NCBI RefSeq assembly: GCF_004010195.1
Contig: NC_057719.1
Location: 93,445,072-93,509,071, forward strand
Source: Chiloscyllium plagiosum
Taxonomy: Eukaryota
Reading direction: 5' to 3'
Length of the DNA: 64,000 nucleotides
Below, in pieces: positions 38,801 through 51,349 of this stretch (position 1 is its first letter; every line of letters starts with the position of its first letter). The translations under genes were made by a program, and so were the position numbers. The notes beneath the pieces were generated by a model. It saw only the letters and a list, made by a program, of their open reading frames with translations. It searched no databases and had not been told where the DNA came from.

Positions 38801-41380
38801 CTGACATTGGTGAGGCTTCTTTTGCAATACTCTATCCAGTTCTGGTCGCCCCAGTTATAAGAAAGATATTAATAAGCTGCAGTGGGTTCAGAAGACATTT
38901 ATCAGGATATTGCTGCAGATGGAAGGCTTGAGTTTTGAATAATGGCTGGGTAGGCTGATTCTTTTTTCACTGGAGCCTGGAGGATAAGAGATGACCTTAT
39001 GGAAGTTTATGAAAAAAATGATGGATGTTGATAATTGCCTTTTCCCCAGGATGGGGGAGTCTCAAGTGGAGAGGCCACATTTTTTAGGTTAGAGGAGGGA
39101 TATGTTTAAAAAAAAGACACACAGGACGAATTGTTACACAGACGGTGGTTGAAGTGTGGAATGAACTTCCTGAGGAAGGGGTGCATGTGGGTACAATTAC
39201 AACGTTTAAAGGACATTTTGGCAAATCCATGAATCGGAAAGGTTTGGCGGGGTAGCAACAGGCAGTTGGGATGCGTTTAGTTTGAGATTATAGTTAGTAT
39301 CAACCGAAGGGTCAGTTTCCATGCTGTATGACACTAACAAGAATATGGCTTTGTGCCATTATTTAAGAAAGTTGCGATTGAAAGCCACGGAACTAAAGAC
39401 TGATTAGCTGGATGTCAATGATGGGTAAGTTATGGAAGTGATTCTGCCAGAGAGGAGTTACATGCATTTGGAAAGGCAAGGATTGATGCAAGATAGTCAG
39501 CACGGCTTTGTGCAGACAAAGTCAGGTCTCACTAACTTGATTGCTTTTGTTGAAGTGGTGACCATATATTGTCAGCACTAACGTCAGCCTTTGACAGGGT
39601 TTAGCATGATATACTGGTTCATAGCGTGAGAACACATGGAGTCAGGGAGAGCCACCCGTATGTGCACAAAATTGGCTTGACAGTGGGAGACAGAGGGTGA
39701 TGGGAGAGGGTTTTTCTTCACACTGGAGGCCTGTGACCAGCAGTGTGCCATAAAGATCGGGGCAGGGTCCACTGATGAGCATAATCTACGTAAACAATTT
39801 GGTTGAGAATATAGGAGTCATTGTTCCGAAGTCTATACATGATCAAATTAATTTTGCAGTGGACAGTGAACATCGTTATCAAAGGGGATCTTGACAAATC
39901 GGGCCAGTGAACCAAGGAATGAAGATTATGTTTTAAATCAGGAGTTGGATTTTGTCAAGACAAACCAGGGAGGATGAACACGGTTAATGGTAGGACCCTC
40001 GGCAGTGTTGTCGAACAGAGAGAGACCAAGAGGTTCAGTTACATTGCTCCTTGGAAGTGGCATCACAGGCAGACAGGGTGGTGAATGAAGCATTTGGCAT
40101 GCTTGCCCTCATGGATCAGAGCATTGAGTAAATGAGTTGTAGATATTTGGAACATTGTTGTCAGTATTTGCCTTAGGCAGAGGAGGCCACACGTTGATCT
40201 TATAAAGTTTCATAAAGACATATGGGCCATAAGTAAGGTTGAACAGCCAAGGTTAGGTGAGTTCGAAATGAGATGTTATAAACGAGAGGTGAGAGAGGAA
40301 AGATTAAAAGAGGGAGCTGAGGGACAACGTTATGCACAGTGAATGGTGCAGGTATGGAATGAGCTTCTGGGGCAGATGAGAAAAGCAACAACAGTTACAA
40401 CATGGAAAAGAAATTTGGACAGGTACATGGAGGAGAGAAGGTTTGAAAAGATGTGGGTCAAACGCAGGCAAACCGACTCGTTCAGAAACCTGGCCAGCAT
40501 TGATGAGTTCGATTGAAGGACATGTTTCCGTGCTGCATTACTCTGTCACCAGCTATTGGAGGAGAAGACTACCGAGATAAGGTATGTTGTAGACACTGAA
40601 ACAAGTTAGAGTAATAGGAATGTTGGTCTGGAAAGCAGTACGTTTCAAATATGTGGTGCGATGATAGTGAAGGGATGAGATTACAGGGAATGGAATTAAT
40701 GTAGCAGTTACAAATTATTGAAGACACTGGTCATGAGACATTCCATAGACACATTTTTGGAGAGGGAACACAGAACAGAAAGATCCCAGACATCATTCCC
40801 ACCCTCTTGCGGGAGGCCTCTTTTCCCCTCTGTTGTACTGATGCTCACTAAGGCAGAACAGGCCTGGATTGATAACTGTGAACTCCCGATACTGTCTCAG
40901 TACAACGTAAGTTAAAGTAGATGGTGGTGATTGAGCTAGAGGTGTGCCTGTTATTTGCTCTCCCTCCAGCACTCTATTTATGTCATGTCGTGTTAGCCAA
41001 TGCTTGGAGTCCTTTCAATGCTCGCTGCTCTGTCCACTGTGAGTGATTTTAACTCAATGCAGGATTGATTGAAGGCTCCAGGTCTCCCTTCCCTTTGTCT
41101 CTCTGGCTGACCAACCATCTTCAATGACGTGTTGGACGAGAGACCCAGTAGTTAGGAAATCTATGGAGTCAAGAATTTCCTGTGTATCTGCAGGAGAGAG
41201 AGAAATAGACAGAAGAGGAAATTAGACTAATGAAGTGAGGGCTGCACATGGAGAATGGCACAGAATCCCACAGAGATCTGGAAAATCCCAGTCTCCATTC
41301 CTGGCCTGTGCTGCCTCCTCTCCACTCTGGAGTGGAGAGTTATGCTGGCTCAGGATCTGGAGTAGCTGCAAGAGCTCTGT
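35820..41380 (-). repeat. Segmental duplication block A' (inverted copy of 4440-9640), mostly CR1 fragments reading on +
   Basis: See block A. It carries extra CR1 sequence at ~36330-37060 and an insert at ~37958-38560. Confidence 0.93.
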
Positions 41381-41384
41381 GACT

Positions 41385-41670
41385 CTGCATTTCAATGCCT
41401 CAGCGGGGATACCGTCTGATCCAGCAGCCTTGTAGTTCTTGAACTAGTGGACGGCCTTCTTTACTTCGTGTGGGGCTGGAGCGTTCCTGAGGTCGTGGTG
41501 TGTAGCATGCTCTGGGATACGGTCAAGGTCGCTCGGATTGGTGACAGAGCCCTGGTTCAGGAAGTCTGTGAAGTGCTTCCCTAGCGTTGTTTAATGGTTT
41601 CTTTGTCTTTGATCGAGTTACTCCGTCCTTGGCCGGCAGTGGGGTGGGGCATTGGGGTTTGGGTCATAAG
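41385..41670 (-). mobile_element. RTE-clade LINE fragment
   Basis: Minus strand reads ...IKDKETIKQR*/HFTDFLNQGS...PAPHEVKKAVH*FKNYKAAGSDGIPAEALK, the region just before the RT domain in RTE elements. Confidence 0.8.
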
Positions 41671-42859
41671 GTGGAATTCAAATGGATTATGAAGTTTCAC
41701 TGTGACCACTCCAAGTGCACCCAACAGTCTGAAGTTGAAACAAAGTAACAACATGGGTATGAGAGTACAACTGCCCAAGGATAACAGGGTAAACAGACTG
41801 AAATGTATGTCTCTAAATCAAAAGCAAGAAAATATTCAACAAAAGGATATTCCATTGGCATGGACAGAACTTCACCAAGAAAGACCAATTAGTGACTCCC
41901 TCAGGTCTTTAAGGATCATATTAGAATAAAACAGGCTTCGAAGACAGTCAATAAAAGCTAATAATTCTGAAGGCAGAGTGTCTCAGAAACCGACAAATAT
42001 CTATCAAAATGTTGAAGCTTATATTAAAGGGAGAGCAAGGGTGCTCCCAGCAAGGGGAGTGTTGTAGGAAGTGGAAACATTGTTGGCATTTAATAAGATG
42101 TTATGGGAGACGTGAATGTACTGGAAGTGCTGGCAGACACACAAAGTGTGATAGCGCCTCAATGACAATATAAAAACCTATATGGATTGTTGTGGCAGGA
42201 GGAGTTCACAGAGTTAGGGAGGGCAGTATGTGCTGACGTTGGTTGAAGAGATATGGAGGGTTATGCAATAGGGAAAGAACTACAAATATACTGAATGTTG
42301 TGGGACCCAATACAGTTTATAGATATATGCAGTGTCAATGGCGGTTGACCAGACATTAAGGGCAGAAGGGGATAAAGGAATTTCGATATTGGCAGAAACT
42401 GGAGCAACGGGAGGATATTTGATCGGAAAGGCAGTTACAGACATGAAGAATGCTTCAGGGACTGGAGAAAGATACAGCCATAAGGGAGGGTTCTTCTGCT
42501 TGAAGAAGCGATGCCAACACAGAACTGAACATTCACACCACCACACCACCACACACACAAGAACATTCACAATCTGCAGGGAAAGATCAACTCCACACGG
42601 ATGTCAGGTGTGTGAAGTAGGGAGCGAAATATGTCCTTTTATTGATGCATTCATGGGATGTGGTTGTCAGTGGTGGTATCAGCTTTCATTACCCACTGAT
42701 AATTGCAAGAGGGCAGCTCAGATTCAAACATATTGCTGTGGGTTTGGAAATACATTTCGGTCAAACTGAGTTAGAATGTCAGATGTCCTTCCCGTCAGGA
42801 TGTAAGTGGACCAGATGAGATTTTCCAGATGATCATGAATGCTTTTTTGGTCATCATTG

Positions 42860-44080
42860 GATGGCAATAAATGGTCTCACCAATGTCCTGTGCAGCCAGA
42901 ATATGATGTCTCAACCCCTTCTCCCAAGCTCTGACCAATGAAGGCAAATGCAGCCAAATGCCTTCTTCCCCACCTTGTCTACCTGTGACACCACTTTCAA
43001 GCAATTGTGTACCTGTACCCATCTGTCTCTCTTCGAAACTACTATTCAGGTCTGCCCCACTAACTGTTTATTTCCTGCTCTGTTTCCCAAACCAAAATTC
43101 AACTCCTTGCATTTAACTACATTAAACTCCATCAACTGCATCGCAGCAGATCCATCAGATCATCATCCCATGGTAATCTGAGACAACCTTCTTCACTGTC
43201 CACTCTATCACCACTTTTAGTATCAACCTAAAATGTACTCACCACACCTCCTATACTTTTTTCTCCAAGTGATTTATATGCATGAAAAGTAAACAGTAGT
43301 TCCAACACCAATCGTTGCCACGCACTACTTGTCCCAGGCCTCCAGTAAGAACAACAAACCCCTATTACCACACTCTGTCCCCTACCATCAAGCCGACTTT
43401 GTATCCATTGTCTAACTCTTCCTGGATCCACCTTACTAAACAGTCGACCATGCAGAACCTTGTCAAAGGCATTATTATAGACAATGTCTACTGCTCTGCA
43501 TTCTGTCCACTTCCTCAAAAACTTCATCAGGTTTCTGAGATATAATTTCCCAAACACAAATCAATGCTGACTATCCTTAATCCGACGTTGCTTTTCCAAA
43601 TGCATGAAGATCTTCGAATCTATTCCAACAAATTACACACCACGATGTCAGTCTCACTGCTCTGTAGTTTTCTGACATTTCCTTGCAGCCCTGAACTTTT
43701 TGAACAGCATTAGCCACCTTCCAGTCTTACGGCAATTCACCGTGGCTGTTGATGATACAAATATCTCTGCAAAGGGCCCTGCAATCTCTTCCCGAGCTTC
43801 TCACAGAATTCTCAGATACATTTGATCAGGTTCTGTGTCTTATGCCTTTAGCAACTCATGTTTTCTCCATTGAATGCTTTTGAATGCATCAACATTAATT
43901 TCCGCAAGTCCCTGAGCTTCTATGTCATTTTTCAACAGTAAATACCGTCACAGAACATTTGATTTGGATCTCCCCCATCTCCTGTGGTTCCAGACAGATT
44001 GCGTCATTGACATTTAAGGTGACTTATTCTCTCCCTAGTTACTCTTTAGCCCTTATGGAAACTTGTCAAAAGATTTCTGA
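42860..44080 (-). mobile_element. Old CR1 LINE fragment (RT)
   Basis: ORF 43228-43557 contains AVDIVY..AFDKVLHGRL...WIQS.L.GR.Q.V. Confidence 0.85.
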
Positions 44081-44716
44081 AAATTCAAATACTCATATCA
44101 CTCTCTCCCACCCTTACCTGTTCTGCCATCCTGAGCCACTCAAAAACATAAAATCCAACAGATTAATCAAAATGAAATCTCTCCTTTATGAACTTGTGTG
44201 TTTCCCATTGTTTCTAAGTGTTCACTTATAGTTTGTCATATCCTTTATAATACACTGCAGCACATTTTCGACTTACTGTCAGGATAACATCGTTTGGTTT
44301 CAGACTGACTGCACAAAGGGTTGTGGGAATCCTTGTGTATCAATCTGAAAAAGGGAGCTTACAGGGTCAGGAGGAAATAGCGAAGGCAGATCAAATGCTT
44401 GGCTCTTATTACAAAGGGAAAGGAGACTGAAAATAGGAAGGTTTTGCTAAAAGTATGCAAGTCACTTGTACAACACATAAGAACGTTACGAAAATTATGA
44501 GTGCCTAAAGGAAAAAAATATTCTTGCATTAGAGATAAGCCAGAGAAGGATCACTCGACAGTTGTTGGGAATGGAGGGAATTTCTATTGGAAAGAGATGG
44601 GTTTGATCGAGTTTTACTTCATTGGAGTTCAGAAGAAAATAGAATAGTTCAGCACAGCAATAGGCCCTTCGGCCCACCATAGCTGCACCGATCATTTGCT
44701 TTTGTTGTTGTTGCTA

Positions 44717-44717
44717 A

Positions 44718-44750
<33 letters not shown>
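44717..44750. repeat. (TAT)n microsatellite
   Basis: About 11 perfect TAT/ATT units. Confidence 0.95.
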
Positions 44751-44751
<1 letters not shown>

Positions 44752-45499
44752 ACTTTACTACGACTACTGGCATTCATTTCTGCACCCTGCTTCCTTTTGA
44801 ATGCATTTATGATGCGGATCTAACATTATCTTCCTGCGTATTTCGCAAATCCGTCCATTCTCTGCTTGTTGATGTGTCTTTCTAAATGTCATTTCAAAAC
44901 TTTCCTATTGTGTGAAATTTCTAAACTGGAAATGAGATTCCGACTATTTGATAATCATGTCTCTGTTAATATTATATACCAGTACCAGGTCACCCTTCAG
45001 TATCCGACAGTCCTGCAGAACAATCCAAGTGTGTCCAACCTCTCATTATAGATAACACATTCTCCCCAAGGCATCATTCTTGTAAACCACTTTCAAAAAT
45101 TCCAGGGCATCCCAAATTGCCTCCGATTTAAAACTGCAATTTCTCTATCAATGCGGTCATCAATGCCCTCCAGTGCATCTCCTCCACTTCCCGCACATCT
45201 GCCATGAACCCATCTCCAAAGCCTCCACATCCTTCCTGTAGTGTGTGATGAAAAGTGGACATATTACTGATCTGAAGTTTTATACAGTAACAACATGATT
45301 TTCAAACGGCTACCTGTGTACTCAGTGCTGTGACCAATCTAGGCAAACATGCTGTCCACCTTCTTTACCATCTTACCCACTTGGATAGCTATTTTCATGG
45401 AGCTATGGATTCGCATCTAAGTTATCTCCGGATATTAATTCTCCTAAGTTTCCGGCCAATTAGAGTAATTTTTTTCTCTTGCATTTTACATTCCAGAAG

Positions 45500-46360
45500 G
45501 CTGGATGTAGGTTTGCTTGCAGAGCTGGACGTTTCCTTTCCAGACGTTTCGTCACCCTACACAGTAACATCTTCAATGGGCCTCCAGGCGAAGCACTATA
45601 CTCAATCCTGCTTTCCATTTATATGTTTTGGTTTCTTTGAGTTGGTGATGCCATATTCTTTAGTGATGTCATTTCCTATTCTTTTTCTCAAGAGGTGATA
45701 GATGGAGTCTAACTCAATGTGTTTGTTGCTAAGAGATCCGTTTGGAATGCCGTGCTTCTAGGAATTCTTGTGCATGTCTTTGATCGGCTGGTCCTAGCAT
45801 GGATGTGTTGTCAATCGAAGTGGTGTCCTTCCATATCTGGAAGTAAGGATACTAGTGAGAGAGGTTCATGTCATTTTGTGGTTAGTTGATTTTCATGTAT
45901 CTTGGTGGCTAGTTTTCTGCCAGTTTGTCCAATGTAGTGTTTGTTACTTTTCTTGCTCGGTATTTTGTAGATGACATTGGATTTGCTTCTCGTCTGTATT
46001 GGGGCTTTCAAGTTCATTAGCTTCTGTTTTAGTGTGTTGGTGGGTTTGTGGGCTACCATGATGCCAAGGAGTCTTAATAGTCTGGTAGTTATTTCTGACA
46101 TGCTTTTGATGTAGGGGAGAGTGGCTTGGCTTTCTGGACGTGTTTGGTCTCCTTGTTTGTGTTTGTTGCTGAGAAATGGGCGGACTGTGTTCATTGGGTA
46201 ACAGTTCTTATTGAATACACGGTATAGGTGATTTTCCTCTGCTCTGCGTCGTTCCTCTGTGCTGCAGTGTGTGTTGCCTCATTGAAATAATGTTCTGATG
46301 CAGCTTCGTTTCTGGATGATGGGATGATTGATTCTGTAATCCAATATTTGGTCTGTATGT
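45500..46360 (-). mobile_element. Penelope-like element (Poseidon type), RT C-terminus, GIY-YIG endonuclease and 3' terminus
   Basis: ORF 45871-46194 has TLPYI...RLLR.LGI.VAHKP.NTL...NVIYKIP....KHYIGQTGRKL..KIHE (GIY-YIG). The terminus carries a hammerhead-like motif at 45538-45580. Confidence 0.92.
45538..45580 (-). ncRNA. Degenerate minimal type I hammerhead ribozyme motif (PLE-associated)
   Basis: Minus strand: CCA-UUGAAGA-U-GUUAC-UGUGUAGG-GUGAC-GAAAC-GUC-UGG. Stem I is CCA/UGG and stem II is GUUAC/GUGAC; core C3 is changed to U. Confidence 0.6.
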
Positions 46361-46749
46361 GTTGGAAAACAATACAATTAAAGTTTCCATAGTATTATGG
46401 TGCTCTGCTTACAAAGCTCCTTTAGAATGAGATTATTAGACACTTTTCTTCGTACAATATTTGATTTGGAATAGTCCATTCTCCTGATAGCTCCCTAACA
46501 TGTTATTACAGAAAACCATCTCATATCCCATCCAGGATTCCACCCATTATAACGCTGATGTTCATTAGAAATCCAGCCGGGATGGAGACCACTGACACAC
46601 ACTGTTACTGTCTGCCCTTGCTACAAGTATATTCAGTGTCCCGACTGCACACATATTAACATTACTATCACTATTTAAACTTAGAAAAGAATTCCTGTTA
46701 ATGGTTGCTGCTGCTTATAATTTCTCTGCTTTACCTAAAACGATTCCAG

Positions 46750-47380
46750 AGGACGACGTGGCAGTGGCTGGGGACATTTACACAGACAGGGAGATTCGTA
46801 GAGTCAAGCAGAGTTTACAAAAGTAAGGAGGATTGTAGAGGCTGCTGGAGGTTACTGAAATTAGGAGGGTTGTATCAACTGAATGGTGTAAACAGGGTGA
46901 GTTTTCGAGATTCGCTTAGCTCACTATGACATGCGTCTGGAAGAGGTTATAGAATTGGGATAATTATAGAGACTGGAAATCGCTGGAGGTAGTCAGAAAG
47001 AGTGAGAAAGGTGTAGGGTGTGATGCAGCTTCCACAGATCTGGAGGGTTATAGGGACTTGATAAAATGTAAGTAGGTTTGACAATACAGAAGGTTGTTAC
47101 GGAGATAGCGAAGGCTGTACGAGTTTGCAAGCATAGGGATGGATGTGGTCTGCAGAGGATGTTCCGCAGGTATGGATGGACATTGCAGCTGCAGGATCTT
47201 CTCAAGATAGGGAGTGTACTGAGACAGGGAAAAACATAGGAATGGGAAGATACAGAGATGGTGATGGCTGTAGGAGAAACTAGAAAATTGGCAGCAATGT
47301 AGAAGCTGTAGAATTTCACAAGGATGAGGCGCATTGGAAGAGTGTGTTAACTTTACAGAAGTAAGGAGATGTGTAGCATA
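46750..47380. repeat. Highly degenerate purine-rich ~35-bp tandem repeat (GGTTACAGAGATAGGGAGGGTTGTAGGGGCTGGAGGA-like)
   Basis: Recurrent gttaca..gatag.gagg.t.tgtag..gctggagg words. Similar tracts lie at ~37960-38340 and ~42060-42500. Confidence 0.6.
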
Positions 47381-47859
47381 AACAGTAATGAGTGGTTTTG
47401 TGTACTATACAATCTAGAGCAGGATTCAAGGCTGAAAGTGGTTAAAGAGAGCGGAGACGATCAGCAGCAGAAGGATACTTCAGTCAATGTGTCTTGTGGG
47501 GACTGGAGAATGGAATAGGCTCATTTAATGAGAGGCAGTTAATAATATGGCACAATGCCAGATTCAACAGGAAGATCCAAAGCTTTCCATGTGTCATTTA
47601 CTCAGGGAGCCGCTCTCTTCCAGTCTGCGGCCAAGCCCAGCGTACAAACAACATGAGGTTTCCCAGCTCCTGGTGCTCAGGGCCCAGTGCACCAACCTCT
47701 GACCCAGTCGGTGAGATACTATCAGAGATGTATTAACATTGACAAGCAGACTTCCTCTGTTACTGTCACATGATGACTAACTCTACAAAGCAAAAACAAT
47801 CAGCACTCAGATTCCCTGGTTATACAATCCAATGTGTGACAGTTTCTCGAAAAGTATAG

Positions 47860-49150
47860 AATCTACAAAACCCCACAGCATGGGTCGGGAGTAATGATTC
47901 TTCTGCAATTTTAATGTCATTTCTCTCACTTTAAATTTAATCAACCACAATTACCGAAATTGAACAAATTGTCTCACCTCATTTTATTTTAGATCTAGCA
48001 AATTAACCTGAAAGTGTTTAAATCAACTGGGCTTTTAAGTACCCCAAATCTATTCGAATCTTTCCAAATCTCAGACTGGATCGGTCTACGATTTCGACAT
48101 GCCTGTGTTGAGCTTGGGTGTACAATTTTATAAATCACTCCACACCAGGTTATAGTCCAACAGGTTTGATTGGAAGCACTAGCTTTCGGAGCACAATTGC
48201 AGTTACATCACACTGTAAACTTTTGCCACAAATTCTGTGTCTTACAATTGTATCTACCAGAACTACGTGATGAAAGAGGAGCGCTCTGAAAGCCAGTACT
48301 TCCAATTAAACCTGTTCGACTATAATCTGGTGTTGTGTGCTTTTCATTTGGATTTGTCTAAACCTATTCAAATTACGAATCTGATAACCAAGCTATTCCA
48401 ATCCTAGGGACCAGCCCCCAAAATGTTACGACACAGGGTAAGCCTACCTGTTTATTTAAACCAGCGACACAGAAATGATTTAACCTGTGTTGTAATCTGC
48501 TAAACTTCGAGAGGCAATGATCTACCCAAAGCTTACTGTTCAAAGCAAAATTTGACAATGTTATTAAAGTCTGCCAGAGAATATTAACTACCAACACTTC
48601 ACAACACCTTTCTTTTAAAATCCTCCTTTGCATCCCCTTTTATAATACTAGTCTGGTTAAAAACGTCCCAATTACGGTTTGCAGAAAAATAATCACTTTT
48701 CAAAACCAGTCAGCTTTGTCGATTTTCACCGGTAGATTTTCCACTGTAGATTCTCTCCCTTGTTCAGTTTCGATGTTTTCTCTTTTCAAACCCTTCTCCC
48801 GACAGATACCACTCAGACAGCTCCAGCAGCCTACATCTGTTGGTCTTTTGGTAGTTCTCTTTGCCGCACTGGCTAGCTTTTCAAACTGTCTGATATTTAT
48901 ACCCAAAACATCGGATCGTTTCATTGATTCTAATATGCACAAAAGATTAAATTTAAACTTGTTTGGAATTTGGTATCTTTGGGCATATCTTAAACGGATT
49001 GGCAGAATGTGAAGCTGCCTTTGGCTCATCGCAACTCAGCGACACTAGCTGTTTCAACCAAATGTTACATTGCTACCTTGTTTCAGACTCCCTTTGCTTC
49101 ACCACGTCCTTGATTGCTTTTCAACTCTCTACCCCTACAACATCACAACA
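47860..49150 (-). mobile_element. LTR retroelement 5' end: LTR (~48424-49150), tRNA-Pro primer-binding site and leader
   Basis: Minus strand: TG-starting segment near 49150, TATAAA box near 48895-48905, and an end ...CGTAACA at 48424. It is followed by TTT and TGGGGGCTGGTCC, matching the tRNA-Pro PBS TGGGGGCTCGTCC. Confidence 0.72.
48131..48345. mobile_element. Palindromic Penelope-derived element inserted in the LTR-element leader
   Basis: ~60-bp inverted arms: acaccaggttatagtccaacaggtttgattggaagcactagctttcggagc / gctctgaaagccagtacttccaattaaacctgttcgactataatctggtgt. Confidence 0.8.
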
Positions 49151-49450
49151 AGGTTGTGCTGAGCAATTAAAAATGTGGCATATGCTTGTGAAACAAATAG
49201 GTATAATAGCGTTGCTATGGTACACAGCAAATTCGAATTCGGCCAATCAGCTCAAATTATGCCCCAAGATGCCAAAATGTTCTCAAACTTGAATTTTAAT
49301 TATTTGATGTCATCAAATCAATGAGATGGTCCGATGTTTTGGGATATATAAAATCGGGTACATTGAACAATTTGCCAGAGTGGCAAAGAGCATTAAAAAA
49401 GATATGGCCTGCACGAGGTTCTCATTGAAAGCTACCTTTTTATATGAAAT
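49150..49450 (+). mobile_element. Second, related LTR fragment in opposite orientation
   Basis: 49225-49400 resembles the reverse complement of 48845-49010. CCAAT (ggccaatcag, 49241) and TATA-like (tatataaaa, ~49345) motifs are present. Confidence 0.65.
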
Positions 49451-49709
49451 TTAATGCGTAGGTTCGGTGAATTAATCATGGGGAAATGCAGGGTTACATC
49501 GAAAGAGTAGGGGGACCGGTCTGGGAGAAATGCCTTTCGGTGGGTCTGTGTGGTCTTAGTGAGTGGGATGTCATGCTTCCACACTGTAGGAATTATGTGA
49601 CAATGATAAGAAGTTTAGAGTATGCAAATAACCAGTGGGTATCTACCTGATCACTTTCCTCAAGGCCTTATATGTTTCAATAAGATCAGCTCTCATTCCA
49701 AGAGAAACC

Positions 49710-50000
49710 AGCGGCACGGTGGCCCAGTGGTTAGCACGGCAGCCTCATAGCAATTAATTCCAGCCTCGGACGACTGCCTGTGTGTACATTCTCACAGTGT
49801 CTGCGTGGGTTTCCTCCGGGTGTTCCATTTTCTTCCCACACTCCATGTGCAGTTCAGGTGAATTGGCCATGGGAAATTGCCCACAGTATTAGGTGCATTA
49901 GTCAGAGGGAAATGGGTCTGTGTGGGGTTACTCTTCGGAAGTTCAGTGTGGACGTGTTGGGCTGCAGGGTCTGTTTCCACACTGTAGGGAATCTAAACTA
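49710..50000 (+). mobile_element. HE1-type V-SINE
   Basis: gcggcacggtggcccagtggttagcac head, gtgtctgcgtgggtttcctccgggtg V-domain and gtctgtttccacactgtagggaatcta tail. Absent from cassette copy 1. Confidence 0.9.
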
Positions 50001-51349
50001 AGCCCTTCAACCCTGAGTTACGTGAAGTGAAACGTCTCTGAACTGCTTCCTTTCTCAGGTAAGGTGACAAAAATCTCACACAGACGAGGTTAATTCATGT
50101 TTTCTTAATATTGTGTGTGTGCGTTTAAAACTCTCTTTCGAGCATTGGAGGCTCGAAAGTATAATATTCTTTCGGGGCAAAGTCAGCAAGGTTCACAACT
50201 ACAACGGAGGCAAGGATTATCGGGGAATGAGCAGGAATGTGAAGTGTGGGGGAAATGCTTACAGTGGTACAAAATCACACTGCTCCAGAACGTCCAGAAA
50301 CATAATGTAAAACGAAATGTTAATATAGAATATAACATTTTAAAGAGCGAACAGTGAAGGAATAAATTTCCAAAAGAACATGTGGCTGCTCTGTCATTAA
50401 AGAAAGATCACTCGTGTTGTTTTACTCTGAGGGTCACCACACTTCACGTGACGAAGTAAGGTTGAGAAAGCAGGCACTTCATGGTCATCTCTGTCACTGT
50501 GAGAAATTGAACCTTCTCCTGATGGCTTCACTCTGCACCAGCCACCAGCCGTCAAAGGAACGGCGTTGGAGTCTGTGTCATTGGTACAAACAGACACAGT
50601 CACAAACAAAGGGCAATAGAAACTTTCATAACAAGGAAAAAGGTGCAATTCAAAATACGCTCAAGATAACATCTGAGTATAAAATCGTTCTCTGCGGCAA
50701 ATTGCATTTTATAATGAGATAAGTGTTTAGAAGCTGCATTTGGCTGAATACAGTAAGGTGAGACAAGTGAAATAACGAGAATTACTAATTGTGATTTAAT
50801 ATCAATAGTCATAAAATGTGTTCATTTTCGATTGGCCTGTGTAAAATGTGCTTACCATTACACAAAAAATGTATATAGGTGACGGAATATATTGTTGGGA
50901 GAGACTGTCACCATGGGAAATGCCCTCAAACAGGCGCTTGAAGAAAACCGGGTTAAAGTGTCTATTCGGTGACACGAGCCCAGGGGTTTGAATGACTGAA
51001 CGTTCCTATAAGATGCAGCTAGGAAGTCCATCAGATCAGCCCCAATCATATTAAATGCTTCAGCATGTTTGAACGAATGAATGGCCTCATGACAGAGTTG
51101 AATACCATGTCATTAGAAGAAACATACATCTCTACTCCTTCCCCTTAAACATTAGATACTGGGGCATTAACATTTTCCTGAAAATGGCAATTATTTCAAA
51201 CATTATCTGGAACAATCCATTTTCGACATGCTCCAGAGCATTCTATCACAATGTAGGGTAGTGCAAAGGCCAGAGCAAATGAGCCCGCGCGAGAGCGAGA
51301 GAGAGAGCGGGGGAAGGTGTTGCATTCGGTAGGGAGAGTAATGGAGTAT

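Noticed and set aside
49710..49760. tRNA-like sequences (also ~54520-54576)
   Set aside because: They are tRNA-derived SINE heads, not complete cloverleaf tRNA genes.
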